DNA of 64,000 nt from a virus (IMGVR_UViG_3300045988_145627:22146-86145); one strand, 5' to 3'; shown: positions 28,827-38,917, counted from the first letter of the stretch. Notes: generated from the letters alone by a model not told the origin. Numbers and translations are program-made.

Positions 28827-29030
28827 GTGCGTAAAGGATGTTTCGGCTCTCTTATCGCTGCTTCTGAAACTGGCAAGGCTTGCCTGGTGTGTCCAGACAA
28901 GCCCGATTGTCACCAATCAGCAAAAGAAGTTGCGATTTCGATGTATGGGAAGTTCGTAGGCTTCCCCAATGACAAAATCAAAAAAACCAGAAAGGTAAAA
29001 ACACATGAAGGCTCTGATGGTTCGAACTGA
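28827..29030 (+). CDS. Possible small Cys-rich protein (67 aa), overlaps the dnaE start
   Basis: ORF only (CLVCPDKPDC). Confidence 0.2.
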   Translation: MRKGCFGSLIAASETGKACLVCPDKPDCHQSAKEVAISMYGKFVGFPNDKIKKTRKVKTHEGSDGSN

Positions 29031-32000
29031 CTTCTCTCTTGGGGAGTCGGCTCTAAAAGCAGAAAACGCGGTGAAGATTGCCAGAGAAGCTGGCTACACC
29101 GCTGTAATTTCGGCAGATAGCATGAATATTGCGAGTGTTATTCCACTACAACGTGCCGCTGGTGACGACATGGCGGTTATTTGTGGTGTGAAACTAAACA
29201 TTGTTGATGATCCCACATACGAGCACCGGGCTAAACTTGCTAAAGAGTCTATGGGATGTATGGAATCATTAGAGCGTGGGCGGAACTACTCCTTTACCGC
29301 TCTAATTAAAAATGAGCAGGGATATCGAGACATCTGCGAACTAATGACGGCGGCCAACACACGAGAACAGTTCTACTTTGTACCGCGTCTCTCGCTCGAA
29401 CAGTTGGTTTCTACATATGCCAAAGGCAACATCATCCTGCTCACTGCCGACATCGGTAGCGTGTTCCAACGCAACGATTTTGCAAAAATCATAAGCTCAC
29501 TGATTACAGCGGGTGGAAAAGACAACTTCTATAGTGTGGTTTATCCGCACCCTACCCCATTCTACGACCAGATTAACGTCCGGGCGATGAAAGTCGCCAG
29601 CGCACTGAAAATAGAGCCAGTAGCGTTCTATCCCGCTTATTACGAATCGATCGACGATGCAGACATTAAAGACATTGCGCACATGGTTACGAACAACATC
29701 AAAATCGACCAGCCGCATCGTCTGCGTATCCCCCACCAGCGAGATAACGCCGTCAATGGTCGCCGCCATCTCCTTGAGGCGCTGAAAGCCTTCTCCGTTC
29801 GCATGGATGTGCCGGTAACAGCTGCAATGGCCTCAACAACGCAGGATACCATTATCGATGCCTGCACATGGCGCTGGCATGAATTGCCACCAGCACTGCC
29901 AAAGATGGCAGACGACGAGCCTGCAACGCTGATGAAACTGGCCGTTGCTGGGCTGCGTAAACGTCTTACCACAAAAGAGTTTGGCTACACACCACCGGCT
30001 TCTGAGAACAGGGTTTATGTTGAGCGACTTAAGTACGAAATGGACACGCTTACTCGCCTGGGATTTTGTGGTTACTTCCTGATGGTACGCGATCTGATGA
30101 ATCACAGCCGTGAAACTGGCATTCCTGTCGGGCCTGGTCGTGGTTCCTCCGCTGGCTCTTTGGTGGCATGGTGCATAGGCATAACCAACGTCGACCCTAT
30201 CCGTCACGGTCTTCTGTTTGAACGTTTCATCAACCCTGAGCGTCTCGACTTGCCAGATGCGGACTTGGACTTCAGCCAGGCACGTCGCCATGAGGTGATC
30301 GAGTATCTGAATGAACGCTACGGCGAAGATTACGTTGCAGGCATTCCGAACTTCACCTACCTGGGCGCGGCCTCTGCACTACGTGACACCGCTCGTATTT
30401 ATGGTGTGGAGTCCGCAGATATGGCGGTATCAAAAGAACTGAAGAACGTCGAGGATGATAGCCTTCCATTGGAAGAGCTGCGCGAACAACTGGCAAGCCT
30501 CGACAAATACGCGACAAAATATCCTGATGCATTCAATGCAGCCTGCAAGTTACAAAGCCTTATGCGTGGCTATGGTAGACATGCGGCAGGGATGATCGTA
30601 GCAGGTGTTCCTCTGACAGAACGAACACCGGTTGAACGACGTGGTGACGCGCGTTGTATCGCATTTGACAAGCGTTACTGCGAGGCTATGGGCCTAATTA
30701 AGCTGGACGTACTTGGCCTGGCGACTCTCGATTTGCTCGATAGTGCAAAACGCTACATTAAAGAGAACACAGGTGAGGATATCAATCTTGATGCCATTTC
30801 TCTTGAAGATCGCAAGGTGCTGGATGGTTTTGCTGCTGGGTACACTCAAGGTGTTTTCCAGCTTGAATCAGGCCCAATGCGCAAGCTGCTTAAAGATTTA
30901 GGTGGTGGAATTGAGCCAATGAGCTTTAAAACGGTCGTTGCTACGACTGCGCTCTTCCGGCCGGGGCCAATTCAGTCAGGCATGTTGGATGATTATGTTT
31001 CTGTCGCCAAAGGCTTTATGACGCCGGAATCATTACACCCCGTTCTTGATGAACTTACCGCAGAAACAAATGGCGTGATTCTTTATCAGGAACAGACGAT
31101 GAACGCGACTCGATTGCTTGCGGGCTTCACAATGGCTGAAGCTGACGGCGTTCGTAAAGCGATCGGCAAAAAAGACATGGAGAAAATGAAGAGCATGGGT
31201 GAGAAGTTCATCGTTCAGGCTCAAGCTGGCTGGATAGACGTTGAGCTGGAAGATTGCACTACACAGCGCATTCACCGTGCGGAACATTTTAAATGCGAAG
31301 ACGGAACACTGAAAACTGTCGAAGAGGCGCTTGAACACGGCGCAAAACTACCTATAAACGCAGTACGCGTGACAGCGTCACACCCAGGGCTATCAGAGAT
31401 GAAAGCGAAGGAGATCTGGACCGCATTCGAAAAAAATGGTGCCTACCAGTTCAACAAATCACACTCTGTTGCTTACTCCTTGATCAGTTATCAATCTATG
31501 TGGTTGAAAACTCATTATCCCGCAGAGTTTTTCGCTGCTGCTCTCACTATTCTTGGCGAAGATAAACACCAGGGGCTGGTTAAAGATGCGCTGACCTATG
31601 GTATTCGCGTATTGCCACCAGACGTTAACGTGTCATCCAACCGAATCGAGATCCGCACGCTTGAAGATGGCAGCCAGGTGCTGTATGCGCCCTTCTCTGC
31701 TGTGAAGGGGTGTTCTGAGAATGGCTGCCAAGCCATCATGAGAGCGCGAGAAAAAGTTGGCGGCAAATTCGAGTCACTGGCGCAATTCGAAGAAGCTGTC
31801 GAGAAACGTGCCTGTAATAGTCGAGTGCGCGAATCGCTGCAAAAAGTAGGGGCGTTTGCATCCATCGAGCCAGGTAGTCTGCCAGCAACTGATCCAGAGC
31901 GCCTACGCGACCAGGCTGAATTGATGGGAAACCTTGTCATAGACGCAGTTAAAGCCTCACGTCCGTTTGAGATGAACCCCAAACGTTCGGCTGAGATTAA

Positions 32001-32523
32001 CGTGCTCATGACACGGATGGCGGCTGAAATGGGCTTAGGTGATGAACTAATCCGCCCCAGCATTGGTATTAAGCCGAAAATCATGATCATTCTGGACAAT
32101 GCGAACGGCAATGATGCTCGAACCGGTTACTTTATGGAGAACGGATACGACGATTTTAAGGCCAAGCTATTGACGGCTGGAGATTTACGCATGGGCGATC
32201 TCTATGTCACAGGCGTTTGCAAGAAGGTTAAAGACAAAGAAAAAGACTACACCAAAGACGAGATCGGCCAGTTCACCGACTTTATGCGTGAAGAGATCAA
32301 TCTGGTGCGTCCAACCTATGTGCTGACGTGTGGCAGCCGGGCGACATCGCTCTTCAACAACAAGAGCAAACCATCCGACCTGGTTGGACGCAAAGAGTAT
32401 CTGCCGGAGCTGGATGTGACTGTTTTCTACGGATTTAACCCGAATATTTTGTACTTTCACCCAGAGGAAGGCGAAAAGCTGGAAGCAATTCTTGCAGAGG
32501 TAGCGGAGACTATTAGCAAATGA
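29005..32523 (+). CDS. dnaE: DNA polymerase III alpha subunit (DnaE-type replicative polymerase)
   Basis: 1172 aa; N-terminal PHP-like region, catalytic-core motifs GPGRGSSAGSLVAWCIGIT and ILYQEQTM; conserved GGTAAAAACACATG start context. Confidence 0.85.
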   Translation: MKALMVRTDFSLGESALKAENAVKIAREAGYTAVISADSMNIASVIPLQRAAGDDMAVICGVKLNIVDDPTYEHRAKLAKESMGCMESLERGRNYSFTALIKNEQGYRDICELMTAANTREQFYFVPRLSLEQLVSTYAKGNIILLTADIGSVFQRNDFAKIISSLITAGGKDNFYSVVYPHPTPFYDQINVRAMKVASALKIEPVAFYPAYYESIDDADIKDIAHMVTNNIKIDQPHRLRIPHQRDNAVNGRRHLLEALKAFSVRMDVPVTAAMASTTQDTIIDACTWRWHELPPALPKMADDEPATLMKLAVAGLRKRLTTKEFGYTPPASENRVYVERLKYEMDTLTRLGFCGYFLMVRDLMNHSRETGIPVGPGRGSSAGSLVAWCIGITNVDPIRHGLLFERFINPERLDLPDADLDFSQARRHEVIEYLNERYGEDYVAGIPNFTYLGAASALRDTARIYGVESADMAVSKELKNVEDDSLPLEELREQLASLDKYATKYPDAFNAACKLQSLMRGYGRHAAGMIVAGVPLTERTPVERRGDARCIAFDKRYCEAMGLIKLDVLGLATLDLLDSAKRYIKENTGEDINLDAISLEDRKVLDGFAAGYTQGVFQLESGPMRKLLKDLGGGIEPMSFKTVVATTALFRPGPIQSGMLDDYVSVAKGFMTPESLHPVLDELTAETNGVILYQEQTMNATRLLAGFTMAEADGVRKAIGKKDMEKMKSMGEKFIVQAQAGWIDVELEDCTTQRIHRAEHFKCEDGTLKTVEEALEHGAKLPINAVRVTASHPGLSEMKAKEIWTAFEKNGAYQFNKSHSVAYSLISYQSMWLKTHYPAEFFAAALTILGEDKHQGLVKDALTYGIRVLPPDVNVSSNRIEIRTLEDGSQVLYAPFSAVKGCSENGCQAIMRAREKVGGKFESLAQFEEAVEKRACNSRVRESLQKVGAFASIEPGSLPATDPERLRDQAELMGNLVIDAVKASRPFEMNPKRSAEINVLMTRMAAEMGLGDELIRPSIGIKPKIMIILDNANGNDARTGYFMENGYDDFKAKLLTAGDLRMGDLYVTGVCKKVKDKEKDYTKDEIGQFTDFMREEINLVRPTYVLTCGSRATSLFNNKSKPSDLVGRKEYLPELDVTVFYGFNPNILYFHPEEGEKLEAILAEVAETISK

Positions 32524-32662
32524 ACAAAGCGAACACCATGAAGGTGGCCAAAGAGCAAAGAGTTTATGGAAGTAAACAAGATTGGCGATGTGAGACAGTA
32601 CAGGCTGAAGCGCCAGACCAGAGTCACGCTATCCAATATTTTTGGTAAGAAAGTCGCCTAAT

Positions 32663-32695
32663 GAAAAGCTCGTCAATTGACGAGCTTTTCATTTG
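32663..32695. terminator. Bidirectional hairpin terminator (gaaaagctcgtcaattgacgagcttttc)
   Basis: 12-bp perfect stem with flanking A/T runs, between convergent dnaE and the reverse-strand gene. Confidence 0.7.
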
Positions 32696-32696
32696 A

Positions 32697-33695
32697 CTAT
32701 CTTGAATTAGGGGCTTTCTCTATAATTATTCGATTCAGAATATGATTACGATCACTGTATGGTTCGAAATGTTCTGCAATCGAGTATGAACCGACACTAC
32801 GTGCGACCACATCTTCAAAATATTCAAGGATTTTAGGTAGATACTTTTCATAATTTTGTGAACAAATCGACACTACAGGATCGAATTCTACTAATCGACG
32901 CTTTACACGTATATGGTTATTTATTTTTTCATATTCATTCATCATAGAGTTCAAGTCTGGTACTACCCGCTCAGGGCTACACAGGTAGGTGCTGCGGTCA
33001 TACTCGTCTCCGAATTTATCAAGAGGAACACCTATCTCTAGCAACGTCTTGTTTACTCGCTTTGCAAGCTCAATTATCTCTTTATCTTCTTCTGTAAGCC
33101 ACATGTCGACCCACTTTTGTTTGTCTGCCCATTCAGACAGATAATCATCCTTATTGAAAGTTACAGGAGCACATCCAGAGTCACTTCTTAATGCTTTATC
33201 CTTTATTTTAGAAATTGTTTTTTTATCTAAATGCTTCCAATAAATAGCAGGTTCGTCTAATTCATTATCATCGTGTAGGCATATCAAAACAATTACCACA
33301 GGAAAATCACAACTTCCCCAATAGGTTATATTTTTATAAGGTATTTGTACGCTTAACCTTCTCTTCATTTTGCGTGAGGTGGTTTTTATCTGAACGCCGA
33401 TAAAAAAACCTGTCGAAAGATTATTTTCATATATTTCAACCTGAGCATCCAATCCCATATCAATATCTAGCAATCGACAAGGCCATCTGAAATAACGAGA
33501 AATCCAATAGGCAAACAAGTACTCTCCAGCGTGTCCATCCGCACTGGTTTTCGGATATGTCATACCTTCAGTTTTATTCTTTTCTGCCGCTGGCTTTACA
33601 GACTTAGCTTTTGGGGGGAGGGCTGTTTTTTTAGTCGGCACTGACTTTGTTGCTTTGACTTGTTTGTTAGCCTTATCCATTGGTTTTATTCTCAA
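32697..33695 (-). CDS. Hypothetical protein with restriction-endonuclease-like (PD-(D/E)xK-type) core candidate, low-GC (332 aa)
   Basis: Lys/Pro-rich N-terminal tail then GHAGEYLFAYWISRYF..DIDMGLDAQVEIYE..FFIGVQIKTT (D..E..QxK spacing); only reverse-strand gene in the replication block; TTG start at 33695, alternative ATG 15 nt downstream. Confidence 0.5.
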   Translation of the reverse strand: MRIKPMDKANKQVKATKSVPTKKTALPPKAKSVKPAAEKNKTEGMTYPKTSADGHAGEYLFAYWISRYFRWPCRLLDIDMGLDAQVEIYENNLSTGFFIGVQIKTTSRKMKRRLSVQIPYKNITYWGSCDFPVVIVLICLHDDNELDEPAIYWKHLDKKTISKIKDKALRSDSGCAPVTFNKDDYLSEWADKQKWVDMWLTEEDKEIIELAKRVNKTLLEIGVPLDKFGDEYDRSTYLCSPERVVPDLNSMMNEYEKINNHIRVKRRLVEFDPVVSICSQNYEKYLPKILEYFEDVVARSVGSYSIAEHFEPYSDRNHILNRIIIEKAPNSR

Positions 33696-33823
33696 TTTGC
33701 TTTGCTCGGTGTGCCTCCTGATTCTGCACCTTAGCGCCGATACTGTCTACCGCCAATCATGACAGTAAAGCTCTATTTGTTTGATATAATCAGATACACG
33801 AAAGTAAGTTTGAGCATATCAAT

Positions 33824-34255
33824 ATGAACACCGATATTTACGAGAAAATAATGTCTGATCTCGAGTTTGACAGAGACAATCTGGAAGACGTCTGGCGTAA
33901 ACAACCTCGCCTGTTGATGGAGTATGGTTCAAAGCTCGCCCATGCAGAAAGAAGTGTCGCAGAGGCAAAACTTAACCTTGAAGCTGTTGAAGCAAAGCTA
34001 TACGACACAGAGCGTAAAAACTTGAGTATGAACGGCATTAAGTTTAACGAATCTGTACTAGACGCTAAGGTTAAAACAAACCCACAGTATCTGTCTAAAC
34101 GGCAAAAGTTGGATGAAGCACGGCACATCGCAGACATATACAAACATGCTGTCGCCGCCTTTTCGCATCGCCGAGACATGATCGTTCAGGCGTCGAAGAT
34201 GGCTATCGTTGAATTAGAGCGATTAGGCTCTGAACGCTTTATTACTCCCCGTTGA
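33824..34255 (+). CDS. Hypothetical protein (143 aa), predicted coiled-coil
   Basis: ORF; no recognisable motif. Confidence 0.4.
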   Translation: MNTDIYEKIMSDLEFDRDNLEDVWRKQPRLLMEYGSKLAHAERSVAEAKLNLEAVEAKLYDTERKNLSMNGIKFNESVLDAKVKTNPQYLSKRQKLDEARHIADIYKHAVAAFSHRRDMIVQASKMAIVELERLGSERFITPR

Positions 34256-34372
34256 TTTTTGATAGATAATAAGTAAGTACTGATCTATCATTTAACAGCT
34301 CGAAAGAGCCACGAATGAACGAAAGCCCAACGCGCATAGCGCCATCGGCCAAATCACAACAAGGAGAAACAC

Positions 34373-35401
34373 ATGTCTAAGACATTACTTGATTTGCTTA
34401 ACAAAACTCGTGAAGACATTGCCGCCAAACGTGGCAACAACGTTGATCTGACTCGTTTAAAAGACGGCGTCAACTATATCCGCATCTTCCCGAATAAAGA
34501 CGACCCAAACGGTAAGTTCTTCCAGACTTTCGGTATGCACTACGTTAAGTATCAGAACGAGGAAGGTAAAGAAGCAACCAACGCTTATATTTGTGAGCAA
34601 CATACTCACGGTCGCGCTTGTCAGCTATGCGAAATGGTGATGGAAGGTCGCGCTCGTCACAAGGGTAACAAAGCAATGGAAGAACGCATCGGTCAAATGC
34701 GTGCCACTCCTCGCTACCTGGTCAACGGCATTCTTTCTGCTCGTGAGGATTTCGCAGATGCTGAGAAATGCCAGTTAATCGAGCTGCCGTCTACTGTATT
34801 CGATGATATCTGCAAAGCAATCACCGAAGACATCGCTGATGATATCGGCAATCCACTGAGCAAAGAGGAAGGCTACGCATTCCTGATTAAACGTACTGGC
34901 TCTGGTCGCGATACCAAATATGACGTCTCGCCTAAGCGTAAAGTCTACAAAGGCGATATCGAAGATAAATTCTGGAACACCCAGCATGATCTGATCGCAT
35001 ACGCAAATCAGGCTGATGAAACTCGTCTTCTGTCGACAGTTCGCACTATGGGTCGTCTGATTGGCATCGCTGCACCAACTGCCGCAGCATCTGCACCAGC
35101 AATTTCCTCAACCGCGAAAACATCGGCTGCGGCACTACCTGGATTTGGCTCTGTCACTGGTCATACAGAAGGAGCGACGGCTGTAGCAACCGCGCACACA
35201 CCGGCTTCTGAACCAACCAGTCTGGTTGATGAAGAAATCCTCCGTGCCGTTGAAACTGAATTTAAACCAGAGGCAAGTTCCGCTGCCGTTGCCGTATCAG
35301 TCAAAGAGTCTGAAGCAGTCGCAGCGACATCTGTAGCAACCGCATCTGCGACGGAAGATGAAGGTCTGGATGACCTACTGAGAGAGCTGGACTCTCTGTA
35401 A
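34373..35401 (+). CDS. Single-stranded DNA-binding protein, T4 gp32-like
   Basis: N-terminal layout resembles gp32 (YIRIFPNKDDPNGKFF.., His/Cys cluster CEQHTHGRACQLC), acidic C-terminal tail DEGLDDLLRELDSL. Confidence 0.5.
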   Translation: MSKTLLDLLNKTREDIAAKRGNNVDLTRLKDGVNYIRIFPNKDDPNGKFFQTFGMHYVKYQNEEGKEATNAYICEQHTHGRACQLCEMVMEGRARHKGNKAMEERIGQMRATPRYLVNGILSAREDFADAEKCQLIELPSTVFDDICKAITEDIADDIGNPLSKEEGYAFLIKRTGSGRDTKYDVSPKRKVYKGDIEDKFWNTQHDLIAYANQADETRLLSTVRTMGRLIGIAAPTAAASAPAISSTAKTSAAALPGFGSVTGHTEGATAVATAHTPASEPTSLVDEEILRAVETEFKPEASSAAVAVSVKESEAVAATSVATASATEDEGLDDLLRELDSL

Positions 35402-35410
35402 TCCCATTAC

Positions 35411-36406
35411 GTGACCAGTAAGGCGTCTACGGACGCCTTACTTTTTGGAAGGAATGTACCGGTGAATTATCTCTTCGTAGATGGCAATAGCCTGGGTTAT
35501 TACCACCAACAATCTGACAAATTGCACAACGGCGAAATGGAAGTACAGGCTGCTTTCGGCTTTGTTAAGAACGTCCGTCGTTATGCCTCCATCCTCCATG
35601 CCCGACCTATGATTCTTTGGGATGGATTTAGTGACAAGCGTCGCGACTTTTACCCGGACTACAAAGCAAATCGCGACGACGATCCTGATATGAAAAAGAT
35701 GAAGGAAGGCTTTGCTATCCAGAAGCCATACATCCTCAAAATGATGACCGCGCTTGGTATTAACCAAATCATTGCAAAAGATGCAGAAGCGGATGATCTG
35801 GCCGGGCTGCTGGTATCCCGCATGGCACCGCAGCCAACCGTTGAACACATCTATCTGTTAACAGGCGATAGCGACTGGCTTCAGTTAGTTCGCGAAAACG
35901 TAAGCTGGGTAAGCCTGCGTGAAGACGCCAAAAACAAGCAGGTTAATTTTGAGCAATTTGCGGAGCTGACAGGATTCGCCACGCCTCGCGCATTTTTGGA
36001 AGCAAAAGCATTACAAGGCGATAACTCGGACAACATTAGCGGTGTTGGTGGCATTGGTGCTGGCGGTGCGAAAGAGCTGCTGCATGAATGGGGAAGTGTC
36101 GCAACGATGGTACGCGGCATCAACGACGGCTCAATCGTGGTTAATAAAGGGCGTCATAAGACCGCCTTCAACAAACTAGCGAAGAATGCCTTCAACGAGA
36201 AAACAGGCTGTCGAATGCTCGAAGCGTTCAAGAGAAACATCACGCTAATGAACCTGATTGAGACGAAGTTTCCGCCTACCGAAATCGAAACAATCAAAGG
36301 CAATCGTGACGTGAAAGCATTCGAGCAACTGTGCTACGAGCTGAATTTCCGTTCGTTCCTTGAAGACCTTGAAGTGTTTGTTCTTCCATTCGAAAGGTAT
36401 TGCTAA
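35411..36406 (+). CDS. 5'-3' exonuclease / flap endonuclease (RNase H-like FEN family)
   Basis: FVDGNSL N-terminal motif, acidic clusters, H3TH-type GDNSDNISGVGGIG motif. Confidence 0.75.
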   Translation: MTSKASTDALLFGRNVPVNYLFVDGNSLGYYHQQSDKLHNGEMEVQAAFGFVKNVRRYASILHARPMILWDGFSDKRRDFYPDYKANRDDDPDMKKMKEGFAIQKPYILKMMTALGINQIIAKDAEADDLAGLLVSRMAPQPTVEHIYLLTGDSDWLQLVRENVSWVSLREDAKNKQVNFEQFAELTGFATPRAFLEAKALQGDNSDNISGVGGIGAGGAKELLHEWGSVATMVRGINDGSIVVNKGRHKTAFNKLAKNAFNEKTGCRMLEAFKRNITLMNLIETKFPPTEIETIKGNRDVKAFEQLCYELNFRSFLEDLEVFVLPFERYC

Positions 36407-36672
36407 TGCTTAAATCGATTATCAATGGCGCTACAACCACCCCTGCCCAACTGGCAAAAGAGATTGTCTTTTATCACGGTGAGTACGCTGTCATCGCACT
36501 GCCGTCAATTCTAGGCGCTGCCGGAATGAAAGCGACAGATCGCGAGTTTGGATTAGTCAGCGAGCAGGTCGTAAAAATCCTCGCTCGTGTATCCAGACTC
36601 CTTAACCACGATGCGATTGTATTCGATGAATCCGCCGCTTTAAAACGAATCAACGAAACAAAAGGAGCCTGA
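36400..36672 (+). CDS. Hypothetical protein (90 aa)
   Basis: ORF overlapping the upstream gene end. Confidence 0.35.
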   Translation: MLMLKSIINGATTTPAQLAKEIVFYHGEYAVIALPSILGAAGMKATDREFGLVSEQVVKILARVSRLLNHDAIVFDESAALKRINETKGA

Positions 36673-36674
36673 TC

Positions 36675-37748
36675 ATGGCAAAAGGAAAATCCGCACTGGC
36701 ACTTGCTCTGAAAAAGAAAATCGGTAGCAACGACGAAATTCAGAAAGTAACTCATTGGATTGATACAGGCTTTCCACCGTTAAACAAAGCTATTTCTGGT
36801 CGTTACGATGGCGGCTTCCCATGTGGTCGTATCGTCGAAGTATTCGGTCCTCCAAGTGCAGGGAAAACGTTCCTTGCAACAGCAGCGATGATCTCCGCTC
36901 AAAAACAAGATGGTCTGGCGGTATTCCTCGATCATGAAAACAGTTTTGACGTTGGCCTGGCTGTAGCCAATGGCCTGAACGCAGATGAGGATGACGGTCA
37001 GTGGGTATACAAGCAGCCTGACACCTTCGAAGACTCTGTAGAGTTGATCGGCACAATACTTAAATTGGTACGTGATGAAGAGCTTATCCCTGAATCAGCA
37101 CCTATCTGTATCGTGGCTGACTCACTTGCGTCTATGGTTCCGAACTCCAAAGCCGAGAAGTTCGAAAAGATGGCTGAAGGCACTGCCAAAGACAAAGATC
37201 AGCTAAACATGAACGACAATACGGCACTGGCTCGTGCGACAAGTGCGAACTTCCCTACTCTGGCTTTGTGGGCACGCAAATACAACGCCTGCATCATCTT
37301 CTTGAATCAGGTTCGCACAAAAATCGGTGTAATGTTTGGCGACCCTACTACGTCGCCAGGTGGAGATTCACCGAAGTTCTACGCTTCTGTACGTATCCGT
37401 CTTGGTGCATCGGTGATGAAGGATGGTAAAGAGAAGATCGGCCAGGACGTAGGCGCAGAATGCATCAAAAACAAAGTTGCACCACCGTATGGCAAATGCA
37501 CCTGGAAATTCTACTTCGATCCTACTCGTGGCCTCGACGTTATCGAATCGCTCGTCGAGTACATGCTGGAAGAAGGATACCTGCCAAAGAACGCCAGCGG
37601 GCGAGTTGAAATTGGTGACAAGAAATACACCAAATCGCAGATCGTCGAGATGTATCGGGAGAAGCCACTGGCTGAAATCATTGCGGCTTTGCAGGCAATC
37701 GACGACCGAAGAGCAAAAGACAACCCCACCGAGTCAGTAGAAGAGTAA
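36675..37748 (+). CDS. recA: RecA-family recombinase
   Basis: Walker A GPPSAGKT; IFLNQVRTKIGVMFGDPTTSPGGDSPKFYASVRIRL closely matches the E. coli RecA L2 region as I recall it. Confidence 0.85.
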   Translation: MAKGKSALALALKKKIGSNDEIQKVTHWIDTGFPPLNKAISGRYDGGFPCGRIVEVFGPPSAGKTFLATAAMISAQKQDGLAVFLDHENSFDVGLAVANGLNADEDDGQWVYKQPDTFEDSVELIGTILKLVRDEELIPESAPICIVADSLASMVPNSKAEKFEKMAEGTAKDKDQLNMNDNTALARATSANFPTLALWARKYNACIIFLNQVRTKIGVMFGDPTTSPGGDSPKFYASVRIRLGASVMKDGKEKIGQDVGAECIKNKVAPPYGKCTWKFYFDPTRGLDVIESLVEYMLEEGYLPKNASGRVEIGDKKYTKSQIVEMYREKPLAEIIAALQAIDDRRAKDNPTESVEE

Positions 37749-37752
37749 ACAC

Positions 37753-37777
37753 AAGGCGTCCACAGGACGCCTTTTTT
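37753..37777 (+). terminator. Rho-independent terminator (aggcgtccacaggacgcct + T6)
   Basis: GC-rich hairpin plus TTTTTT; almost identical to the terminator at 38892. Confidence 0.8.
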
Positions 37778-37840
37778 ATCTCTTGAAAATATATAAGCAC
37801 TTACTTATTATTTTCGCATAACAACCACATAGGAAAACAC

Positions 37841-38041
37841 ATGATCAAAATCTATCTATTGGCAGTAGCCACAGGCCTTTCAGTGGCTCTCATCTACGGT
37901 TTACTGGTTCCGTCGCTGATTTCTACCAAGAGTGATTTAGCCGTCATGTTTGGAGTTATCGTTGGTTTTGGTGCTCCTGTAATCGGTCTTATTGCTGGTC
38001 GTAAGTTTATCAACTCATTAATCAAAGCAAAGGGGAAATAA
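37841..38041 (+). CDS. Small membrane protein (66 aa)
   Basis: Two hydrophobic helices; ends 4 nt before the SPFH lipoprotein gene. Confidence 0.35.
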   Translation: MIKIYLLAVATGLSVALIYGLLVPSLISTKSDLAVMFGVIVGFGAPVIGLIAGRKFINSLIKAKGK

Positions 38042-38044
38042 GTA

Positions 38045-38875
38045 ATGAAGAAAGGTTTACTTGCAGTTGCTCTGGCGGCTATTTGCACAATGGGTCTTAC
38101 TGGCTGTGATCGCGTGGAGCCTGGATACGTTGGCATCAAAGTAAACAAATTAGGTGAAGACAAAGGGATTGGTGAAGTGGTTGGCGTTGGTCGCCAATGG
38201 ACAGGTCTTAACACCGAACTTTACGTATTCCCGACCTTCAAACAAATGAAGACCTACGACGAGCCGTTCACATTCCAGATGAGTGACGGTACTGCTATTG
38301 GTCACAAAATTGGCGTTGCGTATCTGGTTAATCGTGACAAGGTAACGACGGTGTTCCAGACCTATCGCAAAGGCGTAGACGATATCACCGAATCAGATCT
38401 GCGTCAGAAAATTGCCGACTCTCTAAACCGTTTGGCCAGCCGTATGACCACTGACTCATTTATCGACGGTGGTAAGGCACAATTGCTGGACAACGCACTG
38501 AAAGATATTCAGAAAGAGATGTCTCCGGTTGGTATTGAGGTACTGAGCCTGTCATGGGTTGGAAAGCCTGATTACCCAAAAACTGTCATTGAATCTATTA
38601 ACGCCAAAGTAACGGCTAACCAGCGTACTCTGCAACGTCAGCAGGAAGTTGAACAACGTAAAGCTGAGGCGAATATGCTACGTGAACAGGCTAATGGTGA
38701 AGCTGATGCTATCCGTGCTCGTGCGCAAGCAGAAGCAGACGCCATTCGTCTGCGCGGTGAAGCTCTGCGTCAAAACCCGAACGTTATGGAACTGGAAGCC
38801 ATCAATAAATGGAATGGCCAGTTACCGCAGTACATGACTCAAGGGGCTAACACTCCTTTCATTACAGTGAAATAA
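38045..38875 (+). CDS. SPFH/band-7 (stomatin-prohibitin-HflK/C-like) domain lipoprotein
   Basis: Signal peptide with lipobox LTGC; core layout and Ala/Glu/Arg/Gln-rich coiled-coil C-terminus typical of SPFH proteins. Confidence 0.55.
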   Translation: MKKGLLAVALAAICTMGLTGCDRVEPGYVGIKVNKLGEDKGIGEVVGVGRQWTGLNTELYVFPTFKQMKTYDEPFTFQMSDGTAIGHKIGVAYLVNRDKVTTVFQTYRKGVDDITESDLRQKIADSLNRLASRMTTDSFIDGGKAQLLDNALKDIQKEMSPVGIEVLSLSWVGKPDYPKTVIESINAKVTANQRTLQRQQEVEQRKAEANMLREQANGEADAIRARAQAEADAIRLRGEALRQNPNVMELEAINKWNGQLPQYMTQGANTPFITVK

Positions 38876-38891
38876 CTCCCCTAAAAAGTTC

Positions 38892-38917
38892 AGGCGTCCA
38901 GTTGGACGCCTTTTTTA
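38892..38917 (+). terminator. Rho-independent terminator (aggcgtccagttggacgcct + T6)
   Basis: GC-rich hairpin plus TTTTTT. Confidence 0.8.

Noticed and set aside
32536-32646. Tiny ORF (36 aa) between dnaE and the terminator
   Set aside because: Very short, no SD, no supporting features; probably non-coding spacer.
38649-38837. ORF 38649-38837 (+, 62 aa) inside the SPFH gene
   Set aside because: Alternative frame within a well-supported gene; translation is low-complexity.
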